Below, one piece after another: positions 12,271 to 22,617 of a stretch of DNA of 64,000 nt. Location of the stretch: NCBI GenBank assembly GCA_028534125.1, contig CM052816.1, positions 60,266,001 through 60,330,000 of the forward strand, read 5' to 3'. Under the pieces are notes generated by a model. It was not told the origin of the DNA. It made no database searches and was given only the letters and a program-made list of their open reading frames with translations. Position 1 is the stretch's first letter. Each line of letters opens with the position of its first letter. Both the position numbers and the translations under genes were made by a program. Origin of the DNA: Lama glama. Its lineage: Eukaryota.

Positions 12271-14069
12271 AGGGTTTTTAGAGACTTTTTTTAAATCCAA
12301 AATTTCATTTTTTAAGCAAAAATTCTTCTTCCTAAAACTATCTGCCTTTTCTTGCATGTACATTCTTCTAAAGTTTCTCCACCTCTCTCTTCCCTCATCT
12401 ACAGAAACCAAATCTGCTGCAGACTCTGGTGAAGGAGTGCTGACGGGCTCCTCTTCCCACAGCTGAACCCTCTAGACATGTGATGGTTACCACAGGGTAT
12501 ATACATCTCAACATTCCATGACAGGCTCTGCAATTACCCAGTTACTCCTCACATAAAAGCTTCGAACTTGAAAAGCCTGCAGTTTGCATGGCTTTGTGCA
12601 GAAGCACCACACGTTATCGCCATAAACACAGAAATCTGCATCAACGCATCATTAAAGCTGAAATTGTAATTATGGCAGAGTGAGTAAGTTCAAGGATGGA
12701 GACGGCACTGCTCTACCGGATGTTTAAGAAAAGGCTCTTTAGCACGGGTACTTGATATAAAATACAGACTTTTCAACCTCCCTTACAGGTTACCCAAGAG
12801 GGAGCATGCAGCCTCCTATCAAGTTCACGGGGTGCTTAAGGAAGACAGCGGGCTGTTCCCCATGCTAAGGGGACCCCCGTCTCAGATTCTTTTATCTCCA
12901 AGGGACAGTGAGTTTCCCTGTGATAAAATCCACATGCTCTCACCAGCTAATGGGTTGAAGAAGACAGTCTTTATTGACATACTGCCGAGGATTTCTAACT
13001 CAAGTTCAGAGAGAACTTGGGAGTAAGCTAGTGAAGAGGCTGCCAAGCACCAGAAGCATCACAGCGCCAGCAAAACCAAAGTCACTGTGACAATCACCAA
13101 AGCAGTCTGTCCAGTCTGAGACCATCAAGCAGTGAAAACCGCAAGGGTGAGGACAGAAGTGATTTAGCAAGGATTTTAAATGTGCCTTTTCACTTTCCAG
13201 GTGATCATTTATTGATCATCTATCTTAGAAGAAAGGCAACCCTAAACATAAAGCAATCTCCTATTCTTCAACCAGCAGGTAAAAAAAGGTTTTTACGTGT
13301 AGCCAGTTTGAACATATCAACTTCTTAAGATTTAGAAGACATAATAATACCTGTCATTTATAAATTTTAAAACAATGAAATATATCATTCTCACATTGTA
13401 TAAGATTCAAATCTGAAGATGTCTAATCTAAAAGCAGACCAAGTTCATAAACCAACTATTTTAATCTCCATTTGTAATATTTTACAGAATTTGAAATTAA
13501 AAGGATTCTATCCCACTGCTATTCAAGAAAACTGACTACGAGAGACTTGAGTTTCTTAAGTATTCTTATCCCTCCAAAATTTCTAAGAATCTCTTTTCTC
13601 ATAGAAAAAAAATAAGTTCAAGGATTCCTGGTGTCTATTTTCTAACAGAAAGAGAACAGTTCAGATTTCCTTGATTTTGGTGAAACACTGCGTTTGCTAA
13701 ATGTTCTGTGGACTTGGGAGAGGGTCTAGTACCTTAGCAACCAAACTAATCAAGAGTGTGAAAGGCAATAGTCTGGCCTCAGCTTTCAGCAATGGTAGAA
13801 ACAGATTATACTACAAACAAAGTCATAGAAGACTTGCTAAAATGACTTTGAAAATAAAGCTATTGAGACAATGCACTATAACACGTGGGGCATCATAAGT
13901 ACTTGGATATTTAACAGGACTTCCTCTCTGGGGGGAAAACAAACCTTGCTTTCGAGGCTGCATTTCTCGTCATTGGAGTAAAATGGAGCCCTGCATGTTT
14001 CTTTATAAACAGTTACTTACTCTTTCAACAAATTACTTGCAATCTGCCTGATAGATTACCGACTTAATA

Positions 14070-14580
14070 TTAAAATTCACCACCCCCTCTCCTGGGAACC
14101 CTGTCTTCTCCTGGGGTCTGTGACACCACCTTCTCTTTCCCTCCTGCCCCTCAGGGTGCTGCTTCTCTGTTTCTTGGTGGCTACTTGTCCTCTCAGAGTC
14201 TCTAAATGTTGGCACTGTAGACTCAGCCCTAGATTCTGTCTTCAGAACCTCCAAAACCCTTTCTCTCAATGACTTCATGCCCTCCCAAAGTTTTAAATAA
14301 TATCTGTAAATGAGTGGTCCAGACTCCTGAATTCCAGCCCAAATAATCACTGCTTGTTTATGTCACTTAGATGTCTCACGGATATCTTAAATCCAATCAG
14401 TGGCCAGGGGAACTGCTAAGCATTGCCTCAGATCTGTTCTTCCTGTCCTCTCCATTGTGGGAAGCACCCCTTCCACTGATGCACATTCTCAGCAAGATAT
14501 GTGGAAGCCACCTTTGATCAACTCTCTCACCCCACATTTAATCCATCAGTAAATACTGTGTCTTTTAACTTGAAAAACAT
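14070..14580 (+). mobile_element. L2 fragment
   Basis: ctcttcc...ctaaatgttgg...ccagactcctgaattccagccc...cccacatttaatccatcagtaaatactg. Confidence 0.7.
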
Positions 14581-15371
14581 GTAATTAAGATCCAATTGGT
14601 ACTTTAGAAAACAAGTCAAAGAAAATCCACAGCTGATGCATAAACAAAAAATACTGCCAAATTTTGATTTAAAAAAAAGAAGAGCCCTTCCCAATGGATA
14701 GGGGAGTAAAATCTTCCTGAGTGGCTGCCCAGGGGACCCATGTTTCTAAAAATATCAATGAAAACAAAAACAAATACCACTGTTGTTAACACGGGGAAGC
14801 ATTCAAATTAAATTTAGGCGTCCACTTTCAAAAGGTTCAATTTATAATAAAGGAGAAAGCAAAAAGCTAAATCAAAGGCCATTCTAATTAAATTCCACAC
14901 TTAGAGACGGGGGGAATATGAAAGATGCCAGTCATTAGATTATTATTAGGAACAGGCATGTAAACACTACGTTCTTCTCAAAGGACCAAAATGATAAACG
15001 CAGTTCACAGGGCAGATGGAGCTGCAGAAGGAATTAACAAATACTAATGATGCTGGTCTATACCCTTGATAAGTGACTCAACACAAAGCCATACCCCAAA
15101 CTAGGAAAACACAATGACTGACGTCAGTTCATCTGATTTTATCATCCTTTTCCTTAAGCAGGAAGGCCAAGATGTGTCATTACTTAAGCCAACAATTGGC
15201 AATTACACAAAGGCTAAGGATTAAAAAATAAAACTGTGGGTGCAATATGGAATAAGAAAGATGTATTCTCCATAATTCAGAGAAACTGATTTATGAACTA
15301 CTTGAAATCACAGAAACAGATGCATTGTGAAATCATACAGCATGGACACACACACTAGAGTAAGAAATCTG

Positions 15372-15900
15372 ATTAAGTTCTGGGGATGTTTGGACAGCAT
15401 GGGCACTACAGTTAACAATACTGTATTGTGTACAGAGTAGAGTATACACAGTATGTAGAGTCAATCTTTAAAGTTCTCACAAGAAAAAAAGTGTAACTAC
15501 GTGAGAGTATATATACGTGCATGTGTGTGTGTACATAGATGTATAAATCACTATGTTCAACATCTTAAATACAATGTTACATGTCAATAATATCTCAATA
15601 AAATTGGGAAAAGCACCATGATATTGTTTGGCTTATAACAACAGAACCTGAAAAGCTGTAACATTAGTGTTGGCAGGAATGGAGTAAAATTAAAAGTTTC
15701 AACACATGCATTTCAGTCAAATGTATAGACATACACATACACACACACAATACACAGAGGAAAAAAAGACAAGTGATACAATAAAATGTTGACAGGGGTT
15801 ATCCCTGGGTAGTATGTTTAAGGGGGATTTGTATTTCCATATAATTTTCCAGATTTTTCTACCAACTATCAGATTTCTTGTTGCAATCAGAATTTCACAT
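15372..15900 (+). mobile_element. L1MA/MB-like 3' end followed by an L1ME-like 3' end
   Basis: ttaagttctggggatgtttggacagcatggg...tatctcaataaaattggg, then acaggggttatccctgggtagt. Confidence 0.65.
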
Positions 15901-17301
15901 TTTATTTTTTAACCATATCAGCTTTGAAGATCAGAGTCCTAGGAACAGAGCCTGCAAAATTTCTTGTGAGATTCTGTCATACCTTTACAATGGCATGGAG
16001 TCATTTGGCGTCAGTGAGCAGATTAAGGACTTGGTTGGCACCGAGAGCCAAAATTTCAGGTTTTGCTAAGTCCCTTACTGCCCAGCTACATTTCTTCCAG
16101 GCTTATGGTTGGCATTCTCGGGAGAGTGGGTTATTATGAAATTCCTTGCCAAAATCAGGGATGCTGTCACGTATGTCTCTGGCACCCTGGAAGGTTTACT
16201 AATCCTGCTCCATCCCAGATTGCCTTCTTTGAATTCATTAGCCCACCTTGTTTATTTTTTCCCTATCTCTATTTCATTGCCAGACCATTAACTTTCAATT
16301 CTTTGCATTAGCACGCCTGTAAATCCATTGTCTTTTATCCTCATCCTGTTCTGCTTTACATCTGATGAATGAGAACAACTGATCAAGCACAATTGCAAGG
16401 AGAGCAAGTAGTAATGTGGTGAATCCAATGTGTGGCTCAAAAAGAGAGTCCCACACAAGTTTCAAAGAGGAAGGTCCTCATAGTTTTCTGAAATAATAAA
16501 AACTTTTTGAAAAAAAAGAACACAATGTCTCATAGTTTCTACTTGGAAACCACCTTAATTTATGCTCTGGGCTGTGTTTGTTAAGCCAATGCCCTAAGGG
16601 TAGATGTGGGGAGCAGGAAAAATAATGAAGGAATGCACATCAAAATGTTCACAGAGTGTTTTGAAGAGTGGGATTTGGGGTGTTTTCTTGCCCAACCCTC
16701 ATGTGCCTACCCAGTACTTTTCTGAGTTTTCTAAGTTTCTACTTGGAGTTGTATTGTTCATATAACCTCTCCAGTTCTCTGATTATTTTCACCTCTGTGG
16801 GCTTCCTTTAGCTCAGCTGTACTTTGAAGAGAGGCTTGGTGAACAGAGCAGCAAATACAGTGGTGACTAATTCTTCAGAAATAAAGTCCCTATATATTAC
16901 AGATAGATAGACAGTAATTTAGGAAAGTTTTCCCAAGTAGATACTAACCTAATAGGTTATGTGTACTTAGAGGTTTAAGAGTATTTCCTGTCTTTAATTA
17001 AATTCCCAGAGTTGTACAATAGTAAAGTCAGACTTCTTTCCATTTTTTTCTTCCAGAAACCCTTGTATAAATGAATCTAAGAAACTAGCTGCAAATTCCT
17101 AGTAAAACAATTTTTGAAGACGCAAAAGGTTAGGAATTTTGACCAATGGAGCAACATTTGATCTTAGGACTGTAAAAGTCCTAAGGAGTCAGTAGGTCTC
17201 AGTTATTTTTCTACATCTAGTCTGTGGCTCATCCTCTGTAAGTATCACTTTTACAGCTCATACTTAACCATTTGAATCAAAATATAGTATCAATGTATTA
17301 T

Positions 17302-18271
17302 TATGGTAGGCAGAATTTAAAAATGGTCTCCTCAGGTTCCTGTCCCCTAGTTATTGAAGCACTCATCTAGGTACTAAGATGAAGGGATTCTGCAGACATA
17401 AGTAAAGTCCCAGATCAGCTGGCCTTAATATATAGAGCTTACTTGAGCCGGCCTGCCCCAATCAGATAAGCCCTTTAAGATAAAGAATTTTCTTTGACTG
17501 TTGTCAGGACAAGTTAGAGATGTGAAGCATGAGAATGCTTGGATGTGCCATTGCAGGCTTGAAGATGGAGGAGGGCAGCCTCCCATTGACAACTAGGGTA
17601 AAATGGGGATCTTAGTCCTACGACCACAAGGATCTGAATCTGTCCACAACATGCATGAACTTGGAAGTAGATTCTTTACCAGTATCCAAGTTAGAGCCCA
17701 GCTCAAAGTAAACATAAAGGAAGCCCCATTTTTAATGGAGTGGGGGAAGTCCTGAAGGGGGAGTTCTTACACACTACTACTCAGACCCCAGCAGGGGGAA
17801 AGAAGAATTTCTCCTAGCCCAGCAACAGCCCAGCCAGTGAGAAGCCACCACCACTCTGGACTCCCCTCCAACTTTCTCTTTCCCTCCATAAAAGCCTCTT
17901 TTATTTTTTTTTTAAACTTACCTATGGTTTGCTTTAGTTTGCTAGTCCCAAATTACAGCTCTCTGCTATTTCCAGATAAACTCATTTTGCTGATAAAATA
18001 ACTAGCTCTTTTGGTTTTTTTTGGAGGTCAACTGGTGACACTTTGATTTTGGCCTTAAGATACCCAGAGCAGAAAAACTAGGTGAGGGTTCCTATAGAAC
18101 TAGCAGCTTATCTTTTCTACCTTTCTTTGATTTTAGCCTTGTGATAATTTGAGAGTCCCCCTGAAGTCAAACCTACCTAGACTTCTATAGAACTTTAAGA
18201 TCATAATTGGATATTGTTTTAAGTCACTACATTTTTGGTAATTTATTGCATAGAAATAGAGAACTAGTGCA
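17302..18271 (+). mobile_element. MLT1E-like MaLR solo LTR (interrupted)
   Basis: Starts tatggtaggcagaatttaaaaatgg. Internal gccattgcaggcttgaagatggagg. Ends ttttaagtcactacatttttggtaatttattgcatagaaatagagaactagtgca. Confidence 0.8.
17708..18032 (+). mobile_element. ERV1-class solo LTR nested in the MLT1E
   Basis: Block with cagcccagccagtgagaagcc and ataaaagcc, ending gctatttccagataaactcattttgctgataaaataactagc...ggtcaac. MLT1 sequence resumes after it. Confidence 0.65.
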
Positions 18272-18274
18272 GGT

Positions 18275-19260
18275 ATTTTTTTTTTTACTGGTTTTATTTT
18301 TACAGCCTTGTTTTATTACATCTTAATTTCCCTACCTTCCTATTCTCCAAAGATAAACACTGCTAAGTTTCTCCTTTCTCTTTCCAAAAATTTCCTATGA
18401 ATATGTATGAATATACAAGTATGTATGTATGTATGTGTATATGCATTCTAAAACACAAACACATATAAAATTACACAATGTGTTTTTTCACTGAACAGTC
18501 TATTGTGGGCATCTTTCTAATATTAGAACATAAAAGCCCACCTCATTCTTTACAACAAATATGGAGTCTTGGATTACATACCTGAATTATTTTCTACTAA
18601 ACCAGCCCTTGACTGAAGGACATATTAAAGAATAAGATGGTAACAACTTAATTTCCATTTGCTAGTTATAAGCAATGCCAGGCTTATTATTTTCTATTAT
18701 TCAGTCAAGTAAATTCCTAGAGATGGATTTGCTGGGCCAAAGGGTAAATGTAGCTGAAATTGTAACCAGTACTGCAAACTAACCACAAGGGTTGTATCAA
18801 TTCACATCACCACATAATGTGAGAGGAACTGCTTCTTCACAGCCTTCTATCTTTGGATCCTATCAATTTTAAGACATTTTTGACAGCATGCGAGGTGAAC
18901 AATACTGTCTCATTATTCTGGCTCACATTTCACTTATGATTGCAACAAATCACCATTTCCTATGTTTTTGTTAGCCAATTTTTTTTTTTTTTCTGTAACA
19001 CGTCTTTTACATCTTTTGCCCATTTTTCTCCCGGTGCACTAACCATTTTCGTATCGATTTACACAAGCCCTTTGTATATGAAGGCAATCAAGTGTTTGTC
19101 AGTTATGGGCATAAAAGTATTTTTCACACTTTGTTTTCTTTTGATTTTGTTTATTATACATAATTTTTCATTTTAGGAGAGATACACTAGTCTTTTCCTT
19201 TGGGGCTTCTGAATTACATTTCATGCTTAGAATCTCCCTGGAACTAGGAGCCTGTGATTT
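18275..19260 (-). mobile_element. L1ME-like fragment
   Basis: taaattcctagagatggatttgctgggccaaagggt...tttgcccatttttctc are antisense L1 motifs. Confidence 0.65.
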
Positions 19261-20339
19261 TTTTGCCTTTCTTTTGTTTTAATGAGACTGTCCTATACGT
19301 GGTTCTTTTAGGAATCCCTGGCTGTCAACACTGTTCTGGCTGTGCAGATAAGCTCTAGAACACAATGCCAGTGTCTCTTCTTCCTCAGCACCCTGCTGAC
19401 ATATCTATACGAATAAACTAATGTTTTCATCTGTACAGATTCACCCGATGGGTATAAACCCATGTGTCAGTGGTGAGTGGCCTGACTCACATAGTCCCTA
19501 CCTAACAGGAACAGGAAGTGCAGCTTTATCTCTGGGGTTCATGGAGCTCCGAGAGAAGGCAGGTTTTCCTTCTCCTGTTTTGATGGAGGCATCTAGAATG
19601 TCTCCTGGCCTCTGTACACCATCCACGCTAGAGAACATAGCAACAGCAAGAGGTAAGAGGCACCAGGGTGAGTGAGAAGCCATTTCACTTTATCAAGACG
19701 TGAGGATGGGCTTTGTGTCTAATTTACATTTTCTCCTTTTATACAGAAGTAGGACCCTAGGAGACAGTGTGAAATGCCATTTGTCACCAAAAGTCTGACA
19801 GACTCTTCTACAGCTTCTGAGGGCGTTAACAACCTGTTGGCTCCAAAACAGAAGGAAAAATACTCTCGGAACCTGAAAGACAGGCTCCCTCAGCCCACTC
19901 CCCTGATCAAACACAAAATTATGTCTGAAGGAAAAAGAACTCTATGTAGAGAAGAGAAAAATAATTAAAAGGATCATTAAAGCCTTAACCACATTTCCTT
20001 TAATCTCAACATGAAAACTGAAGGAAATCACGGCAATAAAAGACTAATCAACGGGCACATGAAGTCTGATGCAATTACTACAGAACGCTACAGAGAGGAG
20101 GAATAAATTCTTTTAATCACTACTGATTCATATGTAAGAAATAAAATTTACCCTATACTTAGCACCTACATTTACTGCTGGGTGCCCTGCTGGAGGCGAT
20201 AAAAAGATAAAACAAAGATATAATTTATCCCCTGAGTAAAGTGTTTGGCCTTGCTTCATCCTCCGGTCAGCTCTGACAATTACAACAATGGTGCAGGATC
20301 AATCTCCAAACTCATCATTCAGCTTTGCACACGTATTAC

Positions 20340-20815
20340 CAGCTGTTACCCGTCTCCACAATTATACCCCCACACCTTCTCCAAGGCAACCACTATCATG
20401 AAATAGGTCTTTAAAATGATCATACTTTCCTTTATATTCTTACTACAAACGTGTATGTACAGATACATACATATTCATATGAGTGTGTGTATGTATTTGT
20501 ATCCCTAAACAAAACACTGCATGGAGCACCACGTTAACCTTCTATGAATGGTTTAAGATTCTTTTGCAACTTGTTTTTGTTACCCAGCATTATCTCTGAA
20601 AGCTGGTTCCTTTGTTTGCTATGTGCACAGAGTTCCATGGATGCTTATGCCACAATTCATTTATCCATTTGCCAACTGACAGATATTTGGGTTGCTTCAA
20701 ATGCTTAGCTGCTACAAACAATGCTACTATGAGCAGTCTAGAACATGTTTTCTTGTATATATGTGCAGGAATTTCTCTAAAGTGTTGCCCAGAAGTAGCA
20801 TTTCTGGGCTTTAGT
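20340..20815 (-). mobile_element. L1ME-like fragment
   Basis: aggcaaccactatcatgaa...cacaattcatttatccatttgccaactgacagatatttgggttg. Confidence 0.7.
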
Positions 20816-21129
20816 GGTCTTACTACAGTATCATAATTTTATCCATTTATCTTTTGCCTTTTTTGCTTTACCATTATTACTAGGAGGAAAACAAAATTTC
20901 ATTCCAAAGAGGCAACTCCCTCTCTCCCATTTTGTCCCCAAACATGCCTAGAATAACTTCCACTCCCAATTGGAGAGCCTCCCTGAGCAAAAGGATTGTT
21001 TTCTCTGGGAAGAGTCACAGCTTCATTCTAAATAGAAAGTCAACACCATCGGAAAGCCAATCACGTGAGTTTTCACAGGAGTGCAACCGAGGTCGCGCTT
21101 CATCACTCCTCTGTCAGCCCATCATCCTC

Positions 21130-21570
21130 CATGGTCCTGAGCACATCTTCCTAAAACAGATCCTCCTCAAATCTGTGAAAGGCATTAGAAGTCCAAATTC
21201 ATTCTACTCTCTGACCTTCATCTCTCTTTTCACCATCGTGTTCTCGTGCAATCAAGCATAGCCACCCCGCACACTAGCCACACGCTGGGAGTTCCTCTTC
21301 TCTCACCCATTTCTACCAACCAAAGTCTGACGCATCTTTCAACATTGTAAGCAAGTGGCTCCTCCAATCTCACCCAAGCTTTCCTGATTGGAATTAACCT
21401 TTCTCTTCTCTGCACCATTTTGGATAGAATTAAAAAAAAAAATACAAAGCCGTCTTCATCGCATAGTTTTTGTAATATGGTTCTACCATCCTTCTAATCA
21501 GTTCTTAAGGCCAAGGGTCTCATCTCTTGAATATTCATTGTCTCCACAATGGTTCTGGATGCATAGATGA
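21130..21570 (+). mobile_element. L2 3' fragment
   Basis: catcttcctaaaacagatc...agtccaaattc...gttcttaaggccaagggtctcatctc. Confidence 0.55.
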
Positions 21571-21577
21571 GATATAT

Positions 21578-21674
21578 ATACCACTGCCAGGTAAAACTTT
21601 AGATAAAGTCTTGCACACAAACAAGAGAAGACATGTTCTAGACTGCTCACATCAGCACTGTTTGTAATAGCTAA
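21578..21674 (+). repeat. Short L1ME piece, inverted copy of 20705-20801
   Basis: Manual ungapped alignment gives 75/97 identity to the reverse complement of 20705-20801. Confidence 0.8.
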
Positions 21675-21723
21675 TATATACAATGGTTAAGTTCAACTTG
21701 TGGGAGAAAAATACTGAGCAGTT

Positions 21724-22180
21724 ATGGTGCAGTTCAGGACACAAGACACCAAGCTATGGCACACTGGCATATTAAATATTTTATGGTGAAGGGATTTGAG
21801 AAACAGCAAGTGTGCAAGGGCTTTCTGATCTGCCATGAAAGCTGGTCATAAAAACTTCATAAAATCTAGAAGTACCCTCCCCATACCTGGAGGAAAGGAA
21901 CCTTCTTATCTCTGAAGACAAGCGACAGGAAAATCTGAACAAACAGGCCTTGCTAAGTTTCTCCCAGGTGCCTACAATTAACTCACCTTTGTCCTATACC
22001 TCCTGGTCCAACTCCCCACTGTTCACCAAACTACCATAGAAACAGTCAGATCTAACCATTTCTTTGGGTTTTCATTTCCTTATGAAGGCTCCTATGTCCT
22101 GTAAAAATGTATATTAAATAAATGGTCTTCTTTCTTTTGTTAATCTGTCTCTGGTTCCTGGCTTCCCAGTGGTGAAGTTA
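21724..22180 (+). mobile_element. MER34/MER39-group ERV1 solo LTR
   Basis: gttcaggacac...tatggcacactggcatattaaatatttt...aacaggccttgctaagttt...ttccttatgaaggctcc...attaaataaa...gttaatctgtc. Confidence 0.8.
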
Positions 22181-22528
22181 GAAGTTTATAACACTAATCC
22201 TCTGCATGTGATTTCTCATGTCCATGTTTCCCAAAGAAAATCCTACTGTGGGATCATGTCTTGCATCATCCACAAATTTAGACACGGAGAAAAAAAATAA
22301 TGGGAATAGGATTCCACACAAGAAGGATGTCTCCATTTCAGAGTCCGAGTGCTGAAAGAGAGGGTCAGGTTCGGGCTGACTCATCAGGAAGAACAACTTG
22401 GTGATAAAGCAACAGGGAAACCAAGATAGCAAGATGTGGAGACACATCTACATTTCAAAATGCTTGGATAATTTTTAAAAATTAGCAAAAAGAAGTAAAA
22501 CAAAACTCATGAAAGGGTGATTCGTTAC

Positions 22529-22617
22529 CTGCATGAGCAGAGAGAGGTGAGTGGGGCCGAGGCAGCGCTGGTGACTGTCCATTGCCTATCAAGCTTTTCC
22601 GGTTGCTGGTCCGGCAA
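22529..22617 (-). CDS. MAST4: MAST4 (microtubule-associated Ser/Thr kinase 4) internal coding exon, 89 nt, phase 2 start / phase 1 end
   Basis: Minus strand reads tgtttttcctttccttttggcag|TTGCCGGACC...GCTCATGCAG|gtaacg, a canonical acceptor and donor. It translates to [29 protein letters not shown](G). The RTSNRKSL...PRPHSPL motif is shared across MAST kinases, and IGNGQSPAL...SAHAG is the MAST4 version as I recall it. Confidence 0.95.

Larger units (their letters stand above)
1..22528 (-). other. MAST4: MAST4 intron downstream of the 89-nt exon (next exon, GNSPQDSPRNF..., not found in window)
   Basis: Begins at the GT donor (plus 22527-22528). No further recognisable MAST4 coding sequence down to position 1. 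Confidence 0.8.
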
